Virus record (IMG/VR): IMGVR_UViG_3300012277_000051
Coordinates: 4,041-68,040 of that record
DNA from: a virus
DNA: 64,000 bases
Strand: one strand, 5' to 3'
Below are positions 17,876-27,821 of the stretch, in pieces. Every line of letters begins with the position of its first letter. Positions within the stretch are counted from its first letter, which is position 1. The notes under the pieces are model-generated. The model saw nothing but the letters and a program-made list of their open reading frames with translations. It was not told the DNA's origin and made no database searches. The translations under genes were made by a program, and so were the position numbers.

Positions 17876-19018
17876 ATGCCAATTGATGGGCGGTTAGGCT
17901 GGGATTTTAGGAGAGCTTTGGATGATAGGTTTTATGCAAGCTCTGGTATGTGTGGGAGAGATAATTATATTAAGTCATATAATTATAATCCAAAAGAATT
18001 CATTTTACATAAAATTGGAAGTGAAGATGATTTATATTTAGGCGTGGAACTTGAAATTGACGGTGGGGGAGAAGACGAAGAAAAGGCAAAACATGTTAAT
18101 AGTTGCATGAACCGGGAGCATGAGAATGTTTATTGTAAGCATGATGGTAGCCTAAACAATGGATTTGAAATAGTTACCCACCCCTGTACATTAGAATATC
18201 ATAAAGAATTGGAATATGATGAGTTGTTCTCATGGTTGATAAAAAATAAGTATCGTTCACACGATACATCTACTTGTGGGTTACATGTACATATTAACAG
18301 AACATATTTCGGCAATGATAAATTGTCTCAGGATTTGTGCATAAGCAAATTACTTTATCTGTTTGAGAAGTATTGGGACAAAGTTGAATTAGTGGCAAGA
18401 AGATCAAGTAATAAATACGCTAGAAGATTTTTACTTGAAGAAGATGAAACTCCCATCGATTTGTATGCAAAATCACAAGCTTCTGATAAATATGGTGCAA
18501 TAAATTTGAAACACAAAGATACCGTTGAGATACGAATTTTCAAAGGAACATTGAATTATAATACGTTTATTTCAACCTTGGAATTTGTGAATATTATGGC
18601 CTCAATATCTAAGCGCACTGATATTTACGAGATCCAGCTTGTTACGTGGGATAAGATTAAAGAGTGGTTTTCGGATAATCTTAATAGTTATATAGGTGAA
18701 AGAGAATCTGCTACTACGAATGAATTAAAGAATACCATTAAGTCAAATTCTAACGATCCATTCAGAAATTTTTATTACGATGGTTTTAATATGGGTATTG
18801 ACACCAGTGCTCTTGAATCTATGGTGACTACTTTATCTTCTCTCGGCTCAGAAAGTTCTACTGTGCATGAACTAACGGACGTAGAGCGAATCCAAAGAAA
18901 TATTACAGACTTAAGGAGACGTGTCAGAAGAAGCCGTAATGGTTTAGAGGAAAGAAGCATAAATAGAGAGATTGCAAGCTTGGAAGATGAACTACGGAGA
19001 ATAAGAAGGGCTATTTAA
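17876..19018 (+). CDS. putative amidoligase-like protein (glutamine-synthetase-like fold) with a C-terminal coiled coil; tentative
   Basis: GVELEIDGG...HDGSLNNGFEIVTHPCTLEY...CGLHVHIN pattern resembles the Amidoligase_2 family. Confidence 0.35.
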   Translation: MPIDGRLGWDFRRALDDRFYASSGMCGRDNYIKSYNYNPKEFILHKIGSEDDLYLGVELEIDGGGEDEEKAKHVNSCMNREHENVYCKHDGSLNNGFEIVTHPCTLEYHKELEYDELFSWLIKNKYRSHDTSTCGLHVHINRTYFGNDKLSQDLCISKLLYLFEKYWDKVELVARRSSNKYARRFLLEEDETPIDLYAKSQASDKYGAINLKHKDTVEIRIFKGTLNYNTFISTLEFVNIMASISKRTDIYEIQLVTWDKIKEWFSDNLNSYIGERESATTNELKNTIKSNSNDPFRNFYYDGFNMGIDTSALESMVTTLSSLGSESSTVHELTDVERIQRNITDLRRRVRRSRNGLEERSINREIASLEDELRRIRRAI

Positions 19019-19058
19019 AATAAAATCTTTGTTTACTAGTATGTGAAAGGAATAAAGT

Positions 19059-19274
19059 ATGGGAATAGAATGTAATAATAAAAAGTTTCCGCAAGATTGT
19101 ATTGGTTGTAGGAACTTCAGACATTTTGATATGTCAATTGACGATTACATAAATCAATGTACAAAACATAAGTGGCAGGTTGATGATAGTGATGCCTATG
19201 GGGTATTTGCAGAATTGTATTGTAGATATCAAGAAAAATGTTATGAGCCAAAAGGAGGAACATATGGGAGCTGA
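19059..19274 (+). CDS. Cys-rich hypothetical protein
   Basis: ORF track. Confidence 0.35.
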   Translation: MGIECNNKKFPQDCIGCRNFRHFDMSIDDYINQCTKHKWQVDDSDAYGVFAELYCRYQEKCYEPKGGTYGS

Positions 19275-19446
19275 TATTATTTCGGTGTTTAATCCACCGA
19301 AGGAAGAAATTCAATGTGCAGCTTGTGGGCATGTAGATGAAGTTGATAAGTTCAAAAATAGTTCAGTACATGGAAAATTTAAGATATGTCCCATATGCGG
19401 GACAGTAAGATTTTTATGTGAAGAGAATAAGGAATTTAGGAAGTGA
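19264..19446 (+). CDS. zinc-ribbon protein
   Basis: ATG after aaaggaggaacat; CAACGH...CPICG. Confidence 0.35.
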   Translation: MGADIISVFNPPKEEIQCAACGHVDEVDKFKNSSVHGKFKICPICGTVRFLCEENKEFRK

Positions 19447-19486
19447 ATTTTTAATCAAATCATTATTTGCTAAGGAGATAAAGATA

Positions 19487-19666
19487 TGTTTGATGAAAAG
19501 GAATGGAATGATAATCAGTGGATTGAAAGTGAACTTGTTCAAGATCATTTTAATATGACATTTTCCGAATGTTTTAAGGTGTTTGGATTTCATCGGCATG
19601 CAGAATGGAATAAGGCACCGTTGAACGGTCAAAGGATTACCACATATTTTAGGAGATATAAATAGT
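19487..19666 (+). CDS. small hypothetical protein (59 aa), not in the ORF track
   Basis: ATG after ctaaggagataaagat. Confidence 0.3.
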
Positions 19667-19711
19667 CAAAATTAGGATTTGCCTTAGTATCAGAAGATAG
19701 GAGATAAGTAC

Positions 19712-19987
19712 ATGAAGAGTATGCCGTATGAGATAAAACAAGAATTACGAAGTTATGCAAAATTGCAAACCAAGGCTGCCGCAAAGTATCTTAAGATACA
19801 GGAAATGATAGAGGAGTATGGGGTTCCAATCGAAAATCTCCTTGCTTGCGGGGATACTTCCTACGATGCACCACCTCAAACTGAGGGATTAGCATTTTTA
19901 AATAACTGTGAATGCAGTGACATAGAAGGAACCATTAAGGATATAGAAGATGTGTTTTTGTGGTTTATCGATAATCCACAAAACTGA
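19712..19987 (+). CDS. hypothetical protein
   Basis: ORF track; RBS aggagataag. Confidence 0.4.
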   Translation: MKSMPYEIKQELRSYAKLQTKAAAKYLKIQEMIEEYGVPIENLLACGDTSYDAPPQTEGLAFLNNCECSDIEGTIKDIEDVFLWFIDNPQN

Positions 19988-20034
19988 GATTTACATTCCA
20001 ATAGAAGGATAATTTTATATGGAAAGGGGATAAA

Positions 20035-20202
20035 ATATGCCAGACAGTACAACTAAAATAGATGATTGTGAATGCATCTACTGTTATCATGTATTTGACG
20101 GGAGAGAAGCCTGTAATGGCAATATGGATACCAGCGTTGTAGAGTGTCCGAAATGCGGCAAAGAAATGGACGTTAGCTTGTCTGTTGAGTATTTATGTTA
20201 GG
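20035..20202 (+). CDS. small zinc-ribbon protein (55 aa), not in the ORF track
   Basis: ATG after ggaaaggggataaaat; CxxC...CPKCG. Confidence 0.3.
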
Positions 20203-20220
20203 ATTTGATGGAGGACTGAA

Positions 20221-20457
20221 GTGTATAAAAATAATATCCGTTGTAAGGACTGTGAGCATCATCAAGTTATACGCTATGGGTTAAAAACAGCAACAACCCA
20301 ATACGAGGGTCATTTGTGCGGGATTGAACCAGAGGTCGGTGTGTTTGATCCAATTTATGGAGAAAAGAAAGGATATACATCATTAAGAAAGAACCATCTT
20401 AACACAAATTCTCCTAAGTGGTGTCCTAAAAAGTTACAAAGTAACAAGGGTAATTGA
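20221..20457 (+). CDS. zinc-ribbon protein (GTG start)
   Basis: ORF track; RBS gatggaggactgaa. Confidence 0.4.
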   Translation: MYKNNIRCKDCEHHQVIRYGLKTATTQYEGHLCGIEPEVGVFDPIYGEKKGYTSLRKNHLNTNSPKWCPKKLQSNKGN

Positions 20458-20483
20458 AATCATGAATTTAAAGGAGAAATAAT

Positions 20484-20837
20484 ATGGTTGGAAAATATGA
20501 AGTCGTAACTCTTTGCGGCAGTACAAGATTTAAAGATGAGTTTAATAAAATCCAGAAGCAACTTACTTTAAAAGGTTACATTGTAATTTCAGTTGGTTTA
20601 TTTGGACATAGCGGAGATGATGAGGTCTGGACGGAAGGAACAAAAGAAATGCTTGATGACATGCATAAACGGAAAATTGATATGGCAGATACTATTTTTG
20701 TCATCAATAAAGATGGATATATCGGCAAAAGTACAGAATCAGAAATAGAATATGCCGAAAGCCATGGTAAAAATATCGCATATCTAGAAAGCTGTGGGAG
20801 CTATGAGGGCGATGAAAATGCAATCAAAGGTGATTAA
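20484..20837 (+). CDS. nucleoside 2-deoxyribosyltransferase-like (flavodoxin-like fold) protein; tentative
   Basis: VVTLCGSTRF N-terminal motif and GKSTESEIEYAESHGKNIAY C-terminal motif. Confidence 0.35.
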   Translation: MVGKYEVVTLCGSTRFKDEFNKIQKQLTLKGYIVISVGLFGHSGDDEVWTEGTKEMLDDMHKRKIDMADTIFVINKDGYIGKSTESEIEYAESHGKNIAYLESCGSYEGDENAIKGD

Positions 20838-20871
20838 GTTGAATAATAAACCAGATTAAAGGTGCATTTTA

Positions 20872-21066
20872 TTGGAAAGATGGGAGGAATATATGGCTAA
20901 GACATGTGAAGAAATAATGATCAATATTGACACTGTAAAGTGCTCACGGCATAGGTATGCTGCCTGTAAGCCATGGGATGCATATGACTTAATAATGAAA
21001 CACTATGATTGTACTGATGAAACGGCAAAACAAGTTGTTAAAATGATCAAAGGAATTACCATTTGA
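20872..21066 (+). CDS. hypothetical protein
   Basis: ORF track; RBS gggagg. Confidence 0.4.
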   Translation: MERWEEYMAKTCEEIMINIDTVKCSRHRYAACKPWDAYDLIMKHYDCTDETAKQVVKMIKGITI

Positions 21067-21131
21067 ATACCAAGCGAACCAGAATATTGATATTAAATCA
21101 ATAAGGATTTGTGAATCAAGAGGATGAACAA

Positions 21132-21383
21132 TTATTCGGGTTTAATTTTATTTAGTTCATTTTTTAAATCATCAATATTTAAGCAAAGTGAACATATTTT
21201 TCTTGGTAAACCTTTTTCTGTGTTTGTCATAACATCTACAAAAACGAAACCAAGATGTTCATCAAAAGTATCTGAAAACTGTAACCAACGTTCACTTATT
21301 TCACAAGGAACATATCCAGTTCCATTTTTATTATATTCTTTCTGCTTATATGAAATAGGGAATTTTGTTATTTTATTATCCAT
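21132..21383 (-). CDS. hypothetical protein; one of only two minus-strand genes in the window
   Basis: Minus-strand ATG preceded by aggagaatactt; the overlapping plus-strand ORF 21124..21435 is low-complexity and has no RBS. Confidence 0.5.
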   Translation of the reverse strand: MDNKITKFPISYKQKEYNKNGTGYVPCEISERWLQFSDTFDEHLGFVFVDVMTNTEKGLPRKICSLCLNIDDLKNELNKIKPE

Positions 21384-21728
21384 AAGTATTCTCCTTCTAC
21401 GATTGTTTATTAGGATAATTATAAACGAAAAATGAATCAAATACAATGCCGAAAGTGCGAGGTAATTGAATACTGAAAATAAAAAGACAGATAGAGGAAG
21501 TTTGGTCGCCGACTCTACCTGTCAGTAAGCAACACCTAGCGGATAGCATGAGTGTTATTTCTAATATAACATTTCTAATGGCTTATTTCAAGCTAGTTAT
21601 TCATCAACTAAAACAATAATGAAACTCAGCTTTTATCTTACGAAAGTGAGAACAATCAAAAATATGGAAGGGACTGATTATTAATAGTACAAATACTAGA
21701 GCTGTTTGGCGGCATAGGATCACCACTA

Positions 21729-22640
21729 GTGGCATTAAGAAATCTTGGGATACCGACAAAGTCTATTGATTACGTAGAAATAGACGAAAAGGCTGTCCAG
21801 AGCTATAATGCAATGTTTGAAAATGAACTGGCATATAAAACTCAGTCTGTCGTTGGTTGGAATTTAAGGCCAGATATTTTGATTCATGGCAGCCCGTGTC
21901 AAGATTTTAGCATAGCTGGTCAGCAAAAAGGAGCCGATGAAGGCACAGAAACACGTTCAAGCTTAATGTGGGAAACAATACATATTATTCAACAAATGGG
22001 AATCTGGAAGCCTAAATATGTTATTTGGGAAAATGTAAAAAACGTGTTGAGCAAACGAATGATTCACAATTTTAATCGCTATCTGTCGGAAATGGAGAAA
22101 ATGGGGTATATTAACTCATTTGAATTGATTGATGCGAGAGATTTTGGTATCCCCCAATCAAGAGAAAGAGTATTTACCGTCAGTTCATTAAGTGAAAAGT
22201 TCGATTTTTGCAAATTGATAAGAAAACCTATGGGAAATATTTGGGGATACATTCAACCAGATAATGAGATAGATGATAGATACACAATTGTCTCACCAAG
22301 TATGCTATCAAAGATAGATCCCTATAATTACGACAATTCTCCTTTGGATAAACTTTCTGTAATTCGAGATTTTGCTATGACAATTACATGTAAGCAAGAT
22401 AGGTGTCCTAATAGTGGAATTATTCAAAAAAATAATGGCAGTTGGCGACTTCTTACAGAGTTAGAGTGCTGGAGATTGCAAGGATATTCAGATGAAGACT
22501 ACTATAACGCTCTAAAAGCCAACCCAGGAATAAGAGGAAAGAAGAATACGGCAATGTATAAACAGGCCGGTAACAGTATACCCGTACCGATTTTTGAAGC
22601 TATGTTCAGTGTTTTATTAAATGAATATATTTGTACATAA
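21729..22640 (+). CDS. DNA (cytosine-5)-methyltransferase whose motif I lies upstream of the annotated GTG; no canonical start codon
   Basis: GSPCQDFSIAGQQKG (PCQ motif IV), ENVKN (motif VI), QSRERVF (motif VIII). The in-frame upstream sequence reads LELFGGIGS (motif I, FxGxG) back to a TGA at 21675-21677 with only an ATA (21684) as a possible start; the only nearby ATG (21664) is in the +1 frame. Confidence 0.8.
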   Translation: MALRNLGIPTKSIDYVEIDEKAVQSYNAMFENELAYKTQSVVGWNLRPDILIHGSPCQDFSIAGQQKGADEGTETRSSLMWETIHIIQQMGIWKPKYVIWENVKNVLSKRMIHNFNRYLSEMEKMGYINSFELIDARDFGIPQSRERVFTVSSLSEKFDFCKLIRKPMGNIWGYIQPDNEIDDRYTIVSPSMLSKIDPYNYDNSPLDKLSVIRDFAMTITCKQDRCPNSGIIQKNNGSWRLLTELECWRLQGYSDEDYYNALKANPGIRGKKNTAMYKQAGNSIPVPIFEAMFSVLLNEYICT

Positions 22641-22659
22641 AATTAAATTTTGCTGAGAA

Positions 22660-22899
22660 ATGGAGGTAATAAAAATAAAGAAAAATATCATCAGTTTCAT
22701 CAAAAGAATTCTCGGATATTGTGATGGCTGCGGAGATTGTAAGTTTAGGTTTTTTAAATATCCGAAGAGATTCCATATGAGAACCATGTATGAAGATGAA
22801 GAATCAAATTACATAGCGTGTTGCAAAGGATATTATGAAAATGTTGTTGAACCATATTGGGACGAAAGATGGGAAGAGTATTATTCTTCCAGATTGTAG
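22660..22899 (+). CDS. Cys-rich hypothetical protein
   Basis: ORF track. Confidence 0.35.
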   Translation: MEVIKIKKNIISFIKRILGYCDGCGDCKFRFFKYPKRFHMRTMYEDEESNYIACCKGYYENVVEPYWDERWEEYYSSRL

Positions 22900-22916
22900 A
22901 GAGAAGGAGAAATATA

Positions 22917-23477
22917 ATGTTTGAAGATAAAATTACAATATTTGAAAGTGGAGATATTGTTCTTTATTCAACTGGAGGAGGTCTTAAAAGTAATATTGGT
23001 CTGATATTAAAACATAAAGATAACGGTGAGTATGCAATTTTATCGGTATACAGTTCCGCATATAAGAATATCAAAGCTGAATGGATTTCACCAATTGATA
23101 AAGTTGAAGATGTGAGAGATGAGATCACCGGTCATTATGAAAGTAAGATTCAGGAAAAACAGTTACTAATACGTAAACCAACTAGAGAAGAAAAAGACAG
23201 GGAAAAGGTTGAAAAGTACGAAGAACTTAAACGGGAAATAATGGTTGTTGCAAAAAGGCTGTCTGAATCAACCGACGACACTGATTTCGAGAATCGGTTA
23301 AAAGCAATAGCTGACATGAAGAAGAATATCTTCTCAATAGAATTGGATTGCGTTTCAGAAATTCGAAAAAATAATGGTAGAGTAAAATATGATATTCACC
23401 AGTTGATTCAGCAGAAAGAGAGTGAACTTAATAAGATCAGTGATGAGTCCATAGAAAAGGCATTTGTATTCAAATAA
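22917..23477 (+). CDS. hypothetical protein
   Basis: ATG after gagagaaggagaaatata. Confidence 0.45.
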   Translation: MFEDKITIFESGDIVLYSTGGGLKSNIGLILKHKDNGEYAILSVYSSAYKNIKAEWISPIDKVEDVRDEITGHYESKIQEKQLLIRKPTREEKDREKVEKYEELKREIMVVAKRLSESTDDTDFENRLKAIADMKKNIFSIELDCVSEIRKNNGRVKYDIHQLIQQKESELNKISDESIEKAFVFK

Positions 23478-23520
23478 TAATCACAAGTAAAACAGAGTTT
23501 AATTTAAATATGGAGGATAA

Positions 23521-23928
23521 ATGCGAAAACCAAAGGTAGATAATAAATATAACCTAAAACCAAAGGACATCCAGAACGCAACAGTTATAAACAATGACAG
23601 AATTAAGCAGTCTCCGTTTTGGAGAAACGATGTTGTAGGAGCATGGTGTTTGTCAGAAACTACTATTAAGTCGTCAGCAGACGATATGTATTGCTCATAT
23701 GATGAATACTGGATTGGATTTTATGACGAAAAATGCAAGTCTTATGCCGGAAAAATTAGATTAACCTGTTCTTCCTATGGTGGAATGTGTGGATATAATT
23801 TTAAAGAGTTCTTTAATCCAAAAGAAATTGAGAATGAATTTGATTTAGAAATTCAAGAAAAATTATTAGCTAGACTTAATTGGCTAATTGATGAAAACAT
23901 AGTTGAAATTAAGAAGGAGAACAAATAA
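23521..23928 (+). CDS. hypothetical protein
   Basis: ORF track; RBS atggaggataa. Confidence 0.45.
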   Translation: MRKPKVDNKYNLKPKDIQNATVINNDRIKQSPFWRNDVVGAWCLSETTIKSSADDMYCSYDEYWIGFYDEKCKSYAGKIRLTCSSYGGMCGYNFKEFFNPKEIENEFDLEIQEKLLARLNWLIDENIVEIKKENK

Positions 23929-24210
23929 ATGAGATATATTTCAGATGATAACAAGGTATTCAATACAGAGCAGGATTGTTTAAATCATGAGAAGGCATTG
24001 AACACAGAGAAGATTGAGCGTGAAAAGTTACTTGCTAAAAAGAATAAGCGTAGCGATGAGGTAAAGAAACTAGGCAATGATTTTATTAACCTGCATAAGA
24101 AATTCGTAGAGGATTATGGTGAAGAAATTAATTTTGATGGAGATTTAGAGTCTTTAGCTTCTTTCTATAGTAATTTTCCATTCTGGTTTAGAACAAGTAG
24201 ATTAATTTGA
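23929..24210 (+). CDS. hypothetical protein
   Basis: ORF track; RBS aaggagaacaaataa. Confidence 0.4.
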   Translation: MRYISDDNKVFNTEQDCLNHEKALNTEKIEREKLLAKKNKRSDEVKKLGNDFINLHKKFVEDYGEEINFDGDLESLASFYSNFPFWFRTSRLI

Positions 24211-24231
24211 TAAATTACGGAGGATATATAA

Positions 24232-24855
24232 ATGAACGACTACTTAAAACAGAATTTAATCAGTAGGGTTACAAAATGTTTGAAAGACGAGAATGAAAGA
24301 AACTCATCTGATTCTGAATGGAAAGCGTTGAATGTACCATTCATGATTGCACCACTGGCACAGCTATTAGAAAATCATCCGTTAAAGGATTTGGAAGATC
24401 ATCTAAAAGAGTGGAGTATTTTTGATTTGTATTATGACACAGACAAAACGGGAGGATACGGTGAAGGATCTATCAGGTTAATTACGTATAAGAGTAGCCA
24501 ATTGACATTTTCAGAAATATCAAATATTACATATGTCTTTGAGTTCATGCGAGATGAACGACCATACGGATACTGCGAATGTAATCCTAATGACGAAGAT
24601 TATAGAGAAGACAAACATTGTTGTGGACATGGATGCGATTGGGATGCTCCTGGTGTTATAGTCAAAAAAGTGCTTGATATTGCTAATCACCCATGGGAGG
24701 GTGATGAACATGATTTCTGGGAATTTGAAGATTCATTCTATAAAGTAAATGATGATTTAGAAGCGATAAAATTAGAAAAAGAACGTGCAGCTAGGAAGAA
24801 GTTTTTAGAAGAAAGTATTTTAGAAATGCAAAATGAACTTGAAAAGATAGGATAA
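24232..24855 (+). CDS. hypothetical protein
   Basis: ORF track; RBS acggaggat. Confidence 0.45.
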   Translation: MNDYLKQNLISRVTKCLKDENERNSSDSEWKALNVPFMIAPLAQLLENHPLKDLEDHLKEWSIFDLYYDTDKTGGYGEGSIRLITYKSSQLTFSEISNITYVFEFMRDERPYGYCECNPNDEDYREDKHCCGHGCDWDAPGVIVKKVLDIANHPWEGDEHDFWEFEDSFYKVNDDLEAIKLEKERAARKKFLEESILEMQNELEKIG

Positions 24856-24893
24856 AAGAACAGTTTGATTGAAAAAAGAATAGGAGAATGTAA

Positions 24894-25436
24894 ATGAAGA
24901 ATATAAAGTTACCATTAATTATTTTAGCAGGAGTTGTAGCAACAATATTACTTTGTGTATTTGGAGTACAGGGTTCTCAAAATAGAGCAATCGCTTTAGA
25001 AGAACAAGTAAACACAGCATCTTCAGATATTAAAGTCCAGGAAAAACGTAGGGTAGACCTTGTATATAACCTTGCTGATTGTGTTAAGCAGTATGACAAG
25101 CATGAGGCAGAGACGCTTACAGCTATTGTCAATGGCCGTGGTTCAACCGGTGATATTGAAAACGTAACTACAGCAATTACGGCAGTCAGCGAAGCGTATC
25201 CAGAGTTGAAGTCAAACGAAAACTATAAACAGCTTATGAATGAATTGTCTATGACTGAAAACTTGATTGCGGAATATCGTAGCAATTACAATAAGCAGAT
25301 CAAAGAATATAACAGATATGTTCGTAAATTTCTAACTAGAACGTTCTTAGATATGCTTGGTTATGAAGTGCAGTATTATACATATTTGGACTATAACGCA
25401 CCTGTTGATGCTCCACAGAATCTCTTCAAGGATTAA
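24894..25436 (+). CDS. LemA-family membrane protein
   Basis: N-terminal TM helix, then EEQVNTASSDIKVQEKRRVDLVYNLADCVKQYDKHEAETL, the LemA signature. Confidence 0.7.
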   Translation: MKNIKLPLIILAGVVATILLCVFGVQGSQNRAIALEEQVNTASSDIKVQEKRRVDLVYNLADCVKQYDKHEAETLTAIVNGRGSTGDIENVTTAITAVSEAYPELKSNENYKQLMNELSMTENLIAEYRSNYNKQIKEYNRYVRKFLTRTFLDMLGYEVQYYTYLDYNAPVDAPQNLFKD

Positions 25437-25441
25437 TTTGT

Positions 25442-26215
25442 ATGGGCAGTTATTATAGAAGAAAAAGAAACGGATTTGACTTTGGCGATTTTACTGTTAC
25501 AAAGCGAGAAATTCTTGCAAGCGTTTCAATTATAGCTATTATGATGCTCGTTGGTGTATTGATTTCTTCTAAGATTTCTATACACCAGATGGATAGGAAT
25601 GAGATTTATAACAAGGCAGTTAAAATCGAAAGCCAAGATTTATTTCAGTATGGCATGAATACCAATGTAGGTAATGCATTTGTGTATGGTGACTTGAAAG
25701 CCGTTGATACAGTTACGTATCCTGAAATTGGTGGAGAGTATATGTCTGTGGAGAAGGTTAAAGAAAGATATACCATGCATACGAGAACAGTCACTAAGAC
25801 ACGTACAAAATCTGATGGTTCCACGGAAACATACACTGAGATAGAGGAGTATTGGACTTGGGATGCAATTGATCGATGGTCAGAACATTGTAACAAAGTA
25901 ATCTTCCTGGGAATTGAATTTGATTATGGACTTATTTATAAGCCAAGTGAACGATATATAGATACACAAAAAGAATCCTACTATATAAGATATGTTTACT
26001 ATGGCAGTAGTACAGAATATACAGGAACGATTTTTACAAGTCTAAAAAATAATACAATCAATGATACATCATTTTACAATGGAAAAAAAATTGAAGAAAC
26101 TGTTGAATATCTTGAATCAGGTATAGGTGTGGTTATCTTTTGGGTGTTTTGGATTGCCTTGACTGGTGGTAGTATATTTGGTTTCTATTACTTAGATAAT
26201 AAATGGCTGGAGTAG
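25442..26215 (+). CDS. membrane protein with TM helices at both ends; likely LemA partner
   Basis: ORF track; hydrophobic N-terminal and C-terminal segments. Confidence 0.45.
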   Translation: MGSYYRRKRNGFDFGDFTVTKREILASVSIIAIMMLVGVLISSKISIHQMDRNEIYNKAVKIESQDLFQYGMNTNVGNAFVYGDLKAVDTVTYPEIGGEYMSVEKVKERYTMHTRTVTKTRTKSDGSTETYTEIEEYWTWDAIDRWSEHCNKVIFLGIEFDYGLIYKPSERYIDTQKESYYIRYVYYGSSTEYTGTIFTSLKNNTINDTSFYNGKKIEETVEYLESGIGVVIFWVFWIALTGGSIFGFYYLDNKWLE

Positions 26216-26256
26216 GAGATTTTAAGAAAAGATATATTTGCTGAGAGAAGAAAGGA

Positions 26257-27372
26257 GTGTTATTAACGAGAGTATACAAAGAGAAACAGTTTCTTATTTT
26301 TGATTATGAAGATGGAAGAACAGTGAAATATGATTTTGCAACAAAGCAATCCATTGGGATTAAGGGGAAAACAGTAAAGGATTTAAAAGGGCAACTCACT
26401 GGATTTTCATTAGAGGATCTAATTGAATGCTGTGATGATAAGAATTATGCGAGCTTTTTATATTTTGTAGTTAGAAAAGAGGATAATTACATTTCAAACA
26501 TCGGGACGATTTTAAGCCGAGTTCCAAAATATTCAATGTATGAACAATATTTTTCGGCGGGTGTTACCAATATTGCATCAAGATTAACTTATAAAATTAA
26601 TGAAGTTCCGAGGTCTTTATTGAAAATATGCAGACAACATGGAATAAAAGTGTCAGATGAATTAATTAGATATTTCAAACATAACACTGATGCAAATTTA
26701 ATTGCTTTCAACCTAGATTATATGAGCATAGGATATCAAGATGTTACAACCATGCTTACTAGAGAGTTCTGTCCCGATGGTGATTATACATCTTACTACA
26801 ACTATCTTATTGATGAATATGGGTACAGTCCGAAGGCATTATGTACTTATGTTGATGACCTAGTTACATATGAAGCGATTGGAGACGTGGGTTTTATTCT
26901 TAGAGAATTATATGATTACGCTTCTATGATGAATAAAATAAGTCCTAAATTCGATAAATACCCAAGGCATTTTTTAACCACGCATAAAATCGCCTGTAGA
27001 AACTACAATCGGCTTAGAATGGTATTTGAAGAACAGGATTTCAAAAAGATGATTAACAAATCGTATGAATGTAACATTGGAGATTATTGCTTTATATATC
27101 CAAATAGTACCAAAGAAATTAAGGAAGAAGCAGTAAAACAAAATAATTGCGTTGCATCATACATACAAAGAGTCATTGATGGTAATTGTCATATTATATT
27201 TATGAGAAAAAAGAATGAGCCAGAAGAAAGCCTTGTGACAATTGAAGTTAGGAATAACCGTATTGTTCAGGCGAAGAGACGATTTAACGACCCGGTAACA
27301 GCAGAAGATCAGGCAGTTATTAACAAATGGAACGAAAAGTTTTCAAACACAGAGAAGGAGAAAGTAGCATGA
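26257..27372 (+). CDS. PcfJ-like protein
   Basis: C-terminal NNCVASYIQRVIDGNCHIIFMRKK...LVTIEVRNNRIVQAKRRFNDPVT resembles the PcfJ family signature. Confidence 0.55.
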   Translation: MLLTRVYKEKQFLIFDYEDGRTVKYDFATKQSIGIKGKTVKDLKGQLTGFSLEDLIECCDDKNYASFLYFVVRKEDNYISNIGTILSRVPKYSMYEQYFSAGVTNIASRLTYKINEVPRSLLKICRQHGIKVSDELIRYFKHNTDANLIAFNLDYMSIGYQDVTTMLTREFCPDGDYTSYYNYLIDEYGYSPKALCTYVDDLVTYEAIGDVGFILRELYDYASMMNKISPKFDKYPRHFLTTHKIACRNYNRLRMVFEEQDFKKMINKSYECNIGDYCFIYPNSTKEIKEEAVKQNNCVASYIQRVIDGNCHIIFMRKKNEPEESLVTIEVRNNRIVQAKRRFNDPVTAEDQAVINKWNEKFSNTEKEKVA

Positions 27373-27821
27373 TTATTGAAGGAAGTAAGATTGAATTAGT
27401 TAAAGAAATGGGGCCTTTCACGAACGTAGGCGAAGTATGTGAAGTTGTAAAAGTAACGGAAGATGGAGTTATTTCATTTAAGTTTGGAAATGGAATGCAC
27501 CTTGGTTGTATGTCATATTCGGAGTATGAAACATATTTTAAACTATATGAAGAACCGAAAAAGGTTGTTAGAGAATGGACAAATTGGATAGATGCTAAGA
27601 TTAAACATCTTGGTAAGAATGGTGTTTTTGATGTAAATATCCAAACTCGGCACAATAAGAAAAAGGTGCAAATAAGAACTGTTAATAGCGGATTAAAAGG
27701 CGAAGCAACATGCTCACCGGAAGATGAGTTTGACTTTAGCGATGGATATGATTTAGCTTTGGCAAGGCTAAGAGTAAAAATGGCACAATTTGAGGCACAG
27801 GAGCTGGCCGAACTAATGTAA
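27369..27821 (+). CDS. hypothetical protein
   Basis: ATG after gagaaggagaaagtagc. Confidence 0.45.
   Translation: MIIEGSKIELVKEMGPFTNVGEVCEVVKVTEDGVISFKFGNGMHLGCMSYSEYETYFKLYEEPKKVVREWTNWIDAKIKHLGKNGVFDVNIQTRHNKKKVQIRTVNSGLKGEATCSPEDEFDFSDGYDLALARLRVKMAQFEAQELAELM

Noticed and set aside
21124-21435. Plus-strand 103-aa ORF
   Set aside because: It overlaps a minus-strand ORF that has a proper AGGAG-ATG start and a more protein-like sequence. The plus-strand translation is low-complexity (FSSFFKSSIF...).
21664-21684. Programmed -1 frameshift (MEGTDY then the methyltransferase frame) as the origin of the C5 methyltransferase N-terminus
   Set aside because: No slippery heptamer of the X-XXY-YYZ type is present (GAT-TAT-T is weak) and there is no downstream pseudoknot. 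Non-AUG initiation or a pseudogene is simpler. It is mentioned within the methyltransferase finding only.
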